Part shown: one piece after another, positions 1-7,139 of the stretch | How positions within the stretch are numbered: the stretch's first letter is position 1 | Layout: every line of letters begins with the position of its first letter | NCBI GenBank assembly: GCA_007128245.1 | Contig: SKXU01000046.1 | Coordinates: 1-30,496 of the forward strand | Source: Candidatus Woesearchaeota archaeon | GTDB taxonomy: Archaea; Nanobdellota; Nanobdellia; Woesearchaeales; SKIA01 | Direction: 5' to 3' | DNA: 30,496 nt | Notes under the pieces: model-generated | Told to the model about the DNA's origin: nothing | The model's database searches: none | The model's input: the letters and a program-made list of their open reading frames with translations, nothing else | Position numbers and translations under genes: made by a program

Positions 1-113
1 GTTGCGAGCGCTTGTTGCTGCAAACTAGAAGCAGTCTGAATAACTACTCCCGCAGCGACAGCCGCCACAAGAATCAATGCGATGAAGATAATAAGCGTAC
101 CAACACCCATTTC
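1..113. repeat. Copy 1 of a 113-bp perfect repeat (copy 2 at 674-786) encoding the archaellin N-terminal helix
   Basis: Base-by-base comparison: 1-113 equals 674-786; the copies diverge at 114/787. Copy 1 may extend beyond the window edge. Confidence 0.95.
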
Positions 114-134
114 TGCTTTTTTTGTGTTAAACAT
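1..134 (-). CDS. flaB: Archaellin (archaeal flagellin), 5' part only; runs off the window edge; not in ORF track
   Basis: Manual translation from ATG at 134: [44 protein letters not shown]. Class III signal peptide (KKA|EMG) plus the conserved archaellin N-terminal helix. GGTGA ribosome-binding site upstream. Confidence 0.93.
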   Translation of the reverse strand, partial: MFNTKKAEMGVGTLIIFIALILVAAVAAGVVIQTASSLQQQALA

Positions 135-151
135 TGGATTCACCTGTATAA

Positions 152-200
152 GTACACTAATGTACTAATTAGTATACTCGTAGACGTTTTAGTATATAAA
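152..200 (-). promoter_or_regulatory. Promoter/leader of downstream archaellin: TATA box (193-200), AGTATAC (172-178), GTACATTAGTGTAC (152-165)
   Basis: Minus strand reads TTTATATA-CTAA-N10-AGTATAC-N6-GTACATTAGTGTAC-N7-GGTGA. The same elements and spacing recur at 830-878. Confidence 0.75.
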
Positions 201-204
201 TCTT

Positions 205-228
205 TGGAAAAAAGAGAAAAAAAAGAAA
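205..228 (-). terminator. Oligo-T archaeal terminator after upstream archaellin
   Basis: Long T-rich tract (TTTCTTTTTTTTCTCTTTTTTCC) on the minus strand directly after the TGA at 229-231. Confidence 0.6.
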
Positions 229-813
229 TCAAGGGTAGAGATAGACGCGCTCTGTCGAAATGACATCAGGCATGTTAAACATCACCAGCGTAGCCGTACC
301 AATCTTTGGAATAAAGTTGATGCGCACAGCTTCGTCCTCGTCGATTTGTCGTGGAGCTTGAAACTCTACGCGAATAACGTCACCACGTTGGAGGTTTCCC
401 TCGCGATGGTTTGTTCCGTTGATCAAGTACGTAACCGTGAAATTACCCACTGTTCCGTCCGTACCGAATGACGTATCATTCACATACTGAAGCGTTGTAG
501 TGGTGTCGTCTGTGTTGAGCGTGAGCGTTACCTCATCAAGCTTGATAGGGTTTGAGCCGGGAGCAAGCTTCATTTGGACACTAAAGTTCTCTACAGAACC
601 TGCGCTGCCGTCTACCGCAGATACTTCGATTACGCGAGCTGTTGTTGCTATTTCTCCTCGAGCCGCCTGACCTGTTGCGAGCGCTTGTTGCTGCAAACTA
701 GAAGCAGTCTGAATAACTACTCCCGCAGCGACAGCCGCCACAAGAATCAATGCGATGAAGATAATAAGCGTACCAACACCCATTTCCGCGCGTCGATTTT
801 TTCGTATCATCAT
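229..813 (-). CDS. flaB: Archaellin (archaeal flagellin)
   Basis: RRA|[23 protein letters not shown] class III signal and archaellin N-terminus, with C-terminal archaellin beta-domain features. Start moved from 819 to 813 because GGTGA-atgcca-ATG mirrors GGTGA-atcca-ATG of the paralog. Confidence 0.95.
   Translation of the reverse strand: MMIRKNRRAEMGVGTLIIFIALILVAAVAAGVVIQTASSLQQQALATGQAARGEIATTARVIEVSAVDGSAGSVENFSVQMKLAPGSNPIKLDEVTLTLNTDDTTTTLQYVNDTSFGTDGTVGNFTVTYLINGTNHREGNLQRGDVIRVEFQAPRQIDEDEAVRINFIPKIGTATLVMFNMPDVISTERVYLYP
674..786. repeat. Copy 2 of the 113-bp perfect archaellin repeat
   Basis: Identical to 1-113. Confidence 0.95.
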
Positions 814-829
814 TGGCATTCACCTTCCC

Positions 830-878
830 GTACACTAATGTACGATTTTGTATACTAGGAGTAACATTAGTATAAAAA
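830..878 (-). promoter_or_regulatory. Promoter/leader of upstream archaellin
   Basis: Minus strand reads TTTTTATA-CTAA-N10-AGTATAC-N6-GTACATTAGTGTAC-N5-GGTGA. Confidence 0.75.
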
Positions 879-930
879 CCTTTCGTGTTCTACGACAAGG
901 CATTTAAAAACAACGCACTTCATACCATTC

Positions 931-2499
931 ATGAGCGAGAAACACATACAGCCAGTATTCATTCTGTCCGACGCATCAACGCGCACACAAGGACGCTCAG
1001 CGCAACGAAATAACATTCTCGCAGCCAAAGTAGTGGCTGAAACCGTGCGCACCACACTTGGACCAAAAGGCATGGATAAAATGCTCGTGGACGCGCAAGG
1101 GCACGTTACCATCTCAAACGATGGAGTAACCATTCTCGAAGAAATGGATATCGACCACCCCGCTGCGAAGATGATTGTAGAAATTGCTCGCACACAAGAA
1201 AATGAAATTGGCGATGGAACAACCACCGCAGTCATCCTGGCAGGCGAGCTACTCAAAAACGCAGAACAGCTCCTTGATGACAAAATTCACCCTACAGTAA
1301 TTATTAAAGGATACCGCCTCGCACACGAGCACGCCCTACAAACACTCAAAACACTCTCACGCACCGTCCGTGCAGACGATCAGGAGCTCCTTGAGCACAT
1401 TGCAAGCACCGCCATGACAGGAAAAGGAGCTGAGAGCGCAAAGCAACACCTCTCATCCTTGTGCGTGCAAGCAACCAAGCACGTTACCACAGCAGATGAA
1501 GTGCTTATTGATAACATAAAGATATTCACCCTTCCTGGCGAGAGCAGCTCCTCATCAGAGCTGATTTCAGGTCTAGTCTTAGATAAGCAAGTAGTTCATC
1601 CAAACATGCCTACACACGTGTCTGATGCCAAGATACTCCTCCTGAATACCAGTCTTGAATTGCAAGAGACGGAAATGGATGCGAAAATAAGCATCCAAGA
1701 CCCAAGTCAAATACAGGCATACCTTGACATGGAAGAACAACTCATGAATGCTCTTGTACAGCGAATAGTAAAGACGCAAGCAACCGTTGTGATTTGTCAG
1801 AAAGGAATTGATGATCTTGCTGCCTACAAGCTTGCAAAACACGGGATTCTTGCTGTTCGTCGCGTGAAAAAAAGCGATATTGAAAAGCTCGCAAAAGCAA
1901 CCGGTGCGCACGTTCTTACCGATACAAAAGATGTTACTGCGGATGCATTAGGGAGCGCAGGGCGAGTCGTACAAAAGCGCGTTGGAGAAGAGATGGCAGT
2001 ATTTGTGACGGAGTGTGCAAAAGCACAAGCAGTCACGTTGCTCTTGCGAGGCGCAACAACTCACGTGCTTGACGAGGTTGAGCGAGCAGTAACAGACGCC
2101 CTAGGAGATTTGCGCGCCGTGCTACTCACAAAAAGCATTGTCGCGGGCGCAGGAAGCGTAGAGGTGCTTGTTGCGCAGGCACTCTCAGAGTTTGCAAAAA
2201 CACTTTCTGGGCGAGAGCAACTCGCCGTGCAAGCGTTTGCTGATGCACTCTTAGTCATTCCACGAACGCTCGCAGAAAACGCCGGTCTTGATCCCATTGA
2301 CGTACTTGCAGACCTTGCAAGTTCACAGCACACATGGCCAGGCGTGGACGTCTACACAGGTAATGTGGTTGATGCGTGGGACGCGCGAGTAGTCGAGCCT
2401 ACGCGCATCAAAACACAAGCACTCAGTAGCGCTACTGAAGTGGCGTGCATGATTTTGCGCATTGATGACGTGATTACTGCACACGAAAAAGCAAACTAA
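931..2499 (+). CDS. ths: Thermosome subunit (group II chaperonin)
   Basis: [29 protein letters not shown]-binding motif, LAENAGLD and ILRIDDVI; 522 aa. Confidence 0.97.
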   Translation: MSEKHIQPVFILSDASTRTQGRSAQRNNILAAKVVAETVRTTLGPKGMDKMLVDAQGHVTISNDGVTILEEMDIDHPAAKMIVEIARTQENEIGDGTTTAVILAGELLKNAEQLLDDKIHPTVIIKGYRLAHEHALQTLKTLSRTVRADDQELLEHIASTAMTGKGAESAKQHLSSLCVQATKHVTTADEVLIDNIKIFTLPGESSSSSELISGLVLDKQVVHPNMPTHVSDAKILLLNTSLELQETEMDAKISIQDPSQIQAYLDMEEQLMNALVQRIVKTQATVVICQKGIDDLAAYKLAKHGILAVRRVKKSDIEKLAKATGAHVLTDTKDVTADALGSAGRVVQKRVGEEMAVFVTECAKAQAVTLLLRGATTHVLDEVERAVTDALGDLRAVLLTKSIVAGAGSVEVLVAQALSEFAKTLSGREQLAVQAFADALLVIPRTLAENAGLDPIDVLADLASSQHTWPGVDVYTGNVVDAWDARVVEPTRIKTQALSSATEVACMILRIDDVITAHEKAN

Positions 2500-2545
2500 A
2501 GCTTTAAATATCACTATTTATGCAACGAGTAGAGGTAGAAAAAGG

Positions 2546-3457
2546 GTGAGCGACGACTACGAAATAGTTTCTAAAAAAGATATTGACGCGCTCAAGCGAG
2601 AAGTTGCTGAGTTGCGTGCACGTCCCGTCCAGCCACCATCGGCTGATTTGATGAAAGCACTAGACAGACTTTCCGGGCATATCCAGCATCTGATTACTAT
2701 TTTTGAGCAGGCCGACAAATCAGTTGCGGAGGCCTACACAACACACGCTCCGCATGATTCTCGCAAAGTGGATTTGGTTATCGCTCAAAATGAGCAGATT
2801 GCGCAAGGATTACTCACGCTCTCTGAGCTCGTGCAAAAAAAGCATGAGAAACAGCAAGCTCCCACGCCGCACAAACCCACAATAGCTGATTTACTCCCCT
2901 TTTCAGATGATATCCCGCCAAAGCAAGAGGTAACACAGCAACCACCAACAGAACCAAAACATCCCATTGAATCAAAAATTCCTGCACCACCAAAGCAAGA
3001 GATAACACAGCAACCACCTACCGAGCCTGAAGCGCCTAGTGAACCAAAAATTCCTGAACCGCCCGTTGCAGAGGAGCCAGCACAAGATTTTCCTAAGCCG
3101 CCGCCGTTGTTTGTGAATATGCATGATGAAGTTCACCCTCCTCGCAAAGCTCCTTCTCCTGATGACCTTCCTCCTCCGCCAAGCTTTGATGTTGCGACCC
3201 CTCCCGCGCCGCAGCCAGAAGTGGTAGCTCCTACGCAAGCAGACACTGAGCTCGTGAGAGATCTTGCGCAGAAAAAACCTTCCTCCACAGAAATTCCTCA
3301 AATGCCAAGTCCGCCTGAGGGCGCTTCTGTTCAGCAACCTCCTGAGCAGATGCCCACACTTCCTCCTCCTCCTGATTTAGAGTCTGCTCTCGAGCCCGAT
3401 CCACAGCCTTTACCACCTCAAAAATCCAGAAAACGACTAATGAGAAGTTTTCGATGA
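2546..3457 (+). CDS. Hypothetical protein: N-terminal helical/coiled-coil region and long Pro-rich disordered tail
   Basis: 303-aa ORF with GTG start. About 100 helical residues are followed by P/Q/E-rich low complexity. ATGA overlap with the next ORF. Confidence 0.8.
   Translation: MSDDYEIVSKKDIDALKREVAELRARPVQPPSADLMKALDRLSGHIQHLITIFEQADKSVAEAYTTHAPHDSRKVDLVIAQNEQIAQGLLTLSELVQKKHEKQQAPTPHKPTIADLLPFSDDIPPKQEVTQQPPTEPKHPIESKIPAPPKQEITQQPPTEPEAPSEPKIPEPPVAEEPAQDFPKPPPLFVNMHDEVHPPRKAPSPDDLPPPPSFDVATPPAPQPEVVAPTQADTELVRDLAQKKPSSTEIPQMPSPPEGASVQQPPEQMPTLPPPPDLESALEPDPQPLPPQKSRKRLMRSFR
2915..3027 (+). repeat. Internal duplication PPKQE[V/I]TQQPPTEP, two copies 72 nt apart
   Basis: ccgccaaagcaagaggtaacacagcaaccacc versus ccaccaaagcaagagataacacagcaaccacc. 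Confidence 0.85.
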
Positions 3458-3777
3458 CACACGCCAATACGTTATTCTCTCACCTGGTCGTCGCACACCA
3501 TAAACACAAGTATGAACGGCTCAGGTACACGAGCAGCCCTTTGAAGCGACGGGTGCGTCTTGTGCGACAAAAAAAAGTGTTTCACGAGCATCTTCAGAGC
3601 GAGCGAGAGCGCCGCGCGCAGTTGAAGGTGCTGCGATCACTTCAGCACGAGCTTGTGCGAGCTGAGAAACATCTTGAGAAACTTGGTGAGCATGAGAAAG
3701 CGCGCGCCTTGCATGAGCGGCTTGCGGCTGTGAGAGAAAAAATTCAAGAAAAAGAAAAAAAATTGGCATCGACCTAA
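3454..3777 (+). CDS. Hypothetical basic coiled-coil protein
   Basis: 107 aa, K/R/E-rich heptad-like pattern; translationally coupled (ATGA) to the upstream gene. Confidence 0.7.
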   Translation: MTHANTLFSHLVVAHHKHKYERLRYTSSPLKRRVRLVRQKKVFHEHLQSERERRAQLKVLRSLQHELVRAEKHLEKLGEHEKARALHERLAAVREKIQEKEKKLAST

Positions 3778-3944
3778 AGGTCTTTTGCCATAACAGTTTT
3801 TCGGTTGTTGCCTTCTGCACGCTTTGCTGCTGCTTTGACTAGCTCCTTCACTCGTTTGTCAAGTGCTGCTGCAAAGTCTCCAGCAATGTTGTATCCAGCT
3901 GCAACGTCTTTAATTTTTGCTTTAACTACAATGTTGTCTGCCAT
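3774..3944 (-). CDS. Short histone-fold protein, DUF1931/face-to-face-type; missed by ORF track (56 aa)
   Basis: Manual translation: MADNIVVKAKIKDVAAGYNIAGDFAAALDKRVKELVKAAAKRAEGNNRKTVMAKDL*. Has a C-terminal R-K-T-V-x-x-x-D histone-fold signature and a GGGGTGA SD upstream. Confidence 0.88.
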   Translation of the reverse strand: MADNIVVKAKIKDVAAGYNIAGDFAAALDKRVKELVKAAAKRAEGNNRKTVMAKDL

Positions 3945-4110
3945 CTTAATTTTGTCACCCCGTTGGGAGTTTTTTTAGTAAAGCCATTGAGGCTTCCTAT
4001 AGGGTTTTGCATCCCCCGCATATAAAAACATTGCGGTTATAGCGTCTCTTGAAGCAGAATTCTGCCTCTTGGCGTGGCAACTGGAACGCATATATTTTTA
4101 AAACCGCGCC

Positions 4111-5775
4111 CTATCGGTGCGCAAAGTAATATGTTTTGTCATCTTCTTTACGTACAAATCCTATGCGCTCACACTGCAAGAGCGTGCCAGGAGGATACGT
4201 AGTTGCGCGCGCCTCTATGATGCCTTCGCTTCGCGAGCCGTCAGGAAATACGAGGGTGATCTGGGTTGTTGGATGGTGTTTTGGCAAATAGTGGATCATG
4301 CGTTTGTGTGCTGCCTTGCGAAAGTCATCTAGCGATTCTCCCTCGTACACAAATCCTCCGTCCGCAGAGGAGAAGTTGTATCCGTCCATGAGCCGAAATA
4401 AGACGTGTTCAGGCTGCTCAATATCTTCTCTGCTCACGTAGACCTCTGATCCTAGCTCAAAGACTCTTCCTCCTGCTCGCAGCTCTGGATACAGGTCTTT
4501 TTCTACTCTCATCGTTTCTGCGTGTTGGATAGTGATCAAGACAGGGTCTTGTACAAAAAATATTCTGTCCGCTTGCTTGTCTATGATGTCTCTGTTAAAT
4601 GCTTCGATGTTCGTAAAGTACTCTTGTTGGGAGAGTTTTTTGTCCGCAGGAGAAATTCCTATCTCTTGTGCTTGTCGCAAGAACGCTTCTGCAGTAAACC
4701 CTCGTTTTTTGAGTGCTTGAAAAAACGGGAGTCGCACATCATCCCAGCCGCTAAAGTCGCCGTCTTCAATGCGTTTTCTTGTCTGGCTTGTTGAGAGTTG
4801 TAAGTCAGTAAAATTAATTCTGCCCACGTTATAGACTACAGGAATGGGTTTTCCAAAGTAGTTATACATGAATTCCTGTCGCTTCGCATTGTCTGCGTGG
4901 TCTTTTGCACGCAACACGTGGGTAACTCCCATTTCCATATCATCTACTGATACTGAGAAATTCATCAGCGGCCACACCCGATACTTAGACCCTTGTTTTG
5001 GATGCGTCGCCGTGTTTATGCGCAGAGCAGGCCAATCTCTCATCGCAGGGTTTTTGTGCGCAATGTCTGTTTTTATCCGCACAACAGCCTCTCCTGGGAG
5101 CAAGGTTGTGAGCATTGATTGCCACCGCATGAGTGCTTGCGCGACGGGCAAGTCTCTGCACGGACAGGGCTGTTTTGCATCCACGCACTCTCTGAACGCG
5201 TCCGCGTCGCACGTGCACACATACGCCCATCCTGCTGAGAGCATGCGCTCAGCATACGAGTAGTACAACTCCATGCGATCGGACTGAATGAATACATCAG
5301 AGATGTTATTGTGTGTATACCACTGCGCGTCCTCTACAATGAGCTCGTATGCGGGCGGATAAATGTTTTCTGGATTTGTGTCAGCGATACGCAAAATCAG
5401 TTTTCCATCATTTTTTGCAGCGAGCAAGTGATTGAGTCCAAGCGTGAACGCATGGCCAATGTGCAGCGGCCCTGACGGGCTTGGTTCAAATCGCAACACA
5501 GGGCTTGGGTGGTCAAGAAGAAAAGGGTCTTTATACTCTTTTTCTGGTGCTTGCGATCCTCCCAGCGATTCCAACAGAGCTTTTTGCTCATCCACGGACA
5601 GCGCATTCACTTCTTGTGCGATCTCGCCTGCTTGTCGCATCACGCTCCCAGCATTTGCTCGCAAGTCAGGAAATTCCCTCATGACCGCTCCCAGCACTGA
5701 TTTGGGGTTGCACACCCCATCATATTTAAGAGCGTTTTCAAGCAACACTTTACGCATGAATTCTTCTACGTGCAT
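4111..5775 (-). CDS. gltX: Glutamyl-tRNA synthetase (archaeal type)
   Basis: RFEPSPSGPLHIGH (HIGH motif), LRIADTNPE, YVCTC zinc region, MRDWPALRI. Start moved to ATG 5775 (MHVEEF), which has a TTTTATAC box about 25 nt upstream. Confidence 0.96.
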   Translation of the reverse strand: MHVEEFMRKVLLENALKYDGVCNPKSVLGAVMREFPDLRANAGSVMRQAGEIAQEVNALSVDEQKALLESLGGSQAPEKEYKDPFLLDHPSPVLRFEPSPSGPLHIGHAFTLGLNHLLAAKNDGKLILRIADTNPENIYPPAYELIVEDAQWYTHNNISDVFIQSDRMELYYSYAERMLSAGWAYVCTCDADAFRECVDAKQPCPCRDLPVAQALMRWQSMLTTLLPGEAVVRIKTDIAHKNPAMRDWPALRINTATHPKQGSKYRVWPLMNFSVSVDDMEMGVTHVLRAKDHADNAKRQEFMYNYFGKPIPVVYNVGRINFTDLQLSTSQTRKRIEDGDFSGWDDVRLPFFQALKKRGFTAEAFLRQAQEIGISPADKKLSQQEYFTNIEAFNRDIIDKQADRIFFVQDPVLITIQHAETMRVEKDLYPELRAGGRVFELGSEVYVSREDIEQPEHVLFRLMDGYNFSSADGGFVYEGESLDDFRKAAHKRMIHYLPKHHPTTQITLVFPDGSRSEGIIEARATTYPPGTLLQCERIGFVRKEDDKTYYFAHR

Positions 5776-5850
5776 GCTCTGTGCGCGCGCGTGCGAGTAT
5801 AAAAGTGTTGTGTGCAAACCATTAAAAATCCTTGGGAACAGAGTAGTGTT

Positions 5851-6165
5851 ATGCGTGCGCGAAAGCTTTTTCAACGAATGCAACGGTTCGAGTCTCGCAC
5901 TGGCACCATGCTGTTTTTTATTCGCATAGGGCTTGCTGCGTATCTCGTGTGGCACGGGTTTGATCTGTTGTCCTCACAACTTGCACTAGGTATTGCAAGC
6001 ATGGGACTTGGCGCCGTCCTCGCCCTGGGACTTGCTAGTCGTGTTGTGGCACTTCTTGTGCTCATCTTACTTATTGTTGAGTTTAGCGTGTTTGGTCACG
6101 TAAATCCTGCGACAACCTTGGCAGTGCTCGTGTCTATTGGCCTTATCATCGGTCCGAACCGATAA
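5851..6165 (+). CDS. Small multi-pass membrane protein, DoxX-like
   Basis: Three to four hydrophobic segments; RIGLAAYLVWHG and LGLASRVVA resemble DoxX motifs. TTAAAAA box about 25 nt before ATG 5851; start uncertain. Confidence 0.55.
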   Translation: MRARKLFQRMQRFESRTGTMLFFIRIGLAAYLVWHGFDLLSSQLALGIASMGLGAVLALGLASRVVALLVLILLIVEFSVFGHVNPATTLAVLVSIGLIIGPNR

Positions 6166-6240
6166 CAGCAGGCGCAGTATATCTGCAAAGCAAGTTGCAG
6201 TCATCACGTATTTTATATACTTTCTCGTCCTAATACCTGT

Positions 6241-7104
6241 ATGAAATACGCCTTTGCCTTCCTCGCAGTCCTCGCAATACTTTTTGTTGCGTGCGAAGAA
6301 GTTCCTCAACAAGAGATGCCGACAACGCCGCCTCAATCGCACGCCGATTGGCTGCTTGGTCCGGGGGAGTGCGATCCTGATAATCGTCCGCAAGTATGCA
6401 CTCTTGACTATCGACCCGTCTGTGGTGATGACGGAGTAACGCATGGGAACGCGTGTGCTGCTTGTGCTCAGCCCGATGTATTCACCTTTGTTGAAGGCGA
6501 GTGTCCACAAGAAGAGTTTGCTGCGCAGTGCGACCCTGAGAACCGTCCGCAAGTATGTACGAGAGAATACATGCCTGTGTGCGGAAGCGACGGAGTAACG
6601 TACTCGAACGCGTGTGAAGCGTGCCGCTCAGAAACAGTTGTTGGGCACAATCCTGGTGCGTGCGAAGAGGAAACTCTTCCTCAAGATCCTCAATGGCTAC
6701 TCGCTCCTGGACAGTGTCATCCTGATGAGCGACCACAAGCGTGCACCAGAGAATACATGCCTGTGTGCGGTGATGACGGCGAAACACATGGAAATGCGTG
6801 CAGTGCCTGCGCACAAGGAGTGGATACCTTCACTCAAGGTGCGTGCGAGGTTGAGCGCACTGAGTGTGTTGAGCGAAGCGAGATCTGTACTATGCACTAC
6901 GATCCTGTGTGCGGAAGTGACGGCGTGACGTATGGGAACGCGTGTGTTGCGTGCTCAAACGAAGATGTTGCGTACCATGTCCCTGGGGAGTGTGAAGGCG
7001 AGCAACCCGAGATGATCGCGTGCACCATGGATGCCCGCGAGTGTCCTGACGGCTCTTGGGTGGGTAGAGTGGCTCCTGATTGCGATTTTGCTCCGTGTCC
7101 GTAG
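6241..7104 (+). CDS. Lipoprotein with four Kazal-type serine protease inhibitor domains and a C-terminal four-Cys module
   Basis: Lipobox-like LFVA|C. Four C-x(6-8)-CT-x-[DEH]Y-x-PVCG-x-DG-x-T-x-x-N-x-C domains at about 6370-6504, 6529-6663, 6715-6846 and 6865-6993. Terminal [27 protein letters not shown]. Confidence 0.92.
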   Translation: MKYAFAFLAVLAILFVACEEVPQQEMPTTPPQSHADWLLGPGECDPDNRPQVCTLDYRPVCGDDGVTHGNACAACAQPDVFTFVEGECPQEEFAAQCDPENRPQVCTREYMPVCGSDGVTYSNACEACRSETVVGHNPGACEEETLPQDPQWLLAPGQCHPDERPQACTREYMPVCGDDGETHGNACSACAQGVDTFTQGACEVERTECVERSEICTMHYDPVCGSDGVTYGNACVACSNEDVAYHVPGECEGEQPEMIACTMDARECPDGSWVGRVAPDCDFAPCP

Positions 7105-7139
7105 AAATATTTATATACGGTTGACGTGGTGAAAGTGGT

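Noticed and set aside
12-858. Plus-strand ORFs 12..263 and 574..858 sharing an identical peptide
   Set aside because: Antisense shadows of the duplicated archaellin block.
2400-2499. Thermosome lacks a Gly/Met-rich C-terminal tail
   Set aside because: The tail is variable among group II chaperonins; all core motifs are intact.
5776-5955. 60-aa N-terminal extension of GluRS; similar extensions on lemA, SDR, eif2g, rps6e, nog1, rpl10e, mtaB
   Set aside because: Artefacts of taking the longest ORF; they overlap promoters, neighbouring genes or a tRNA.
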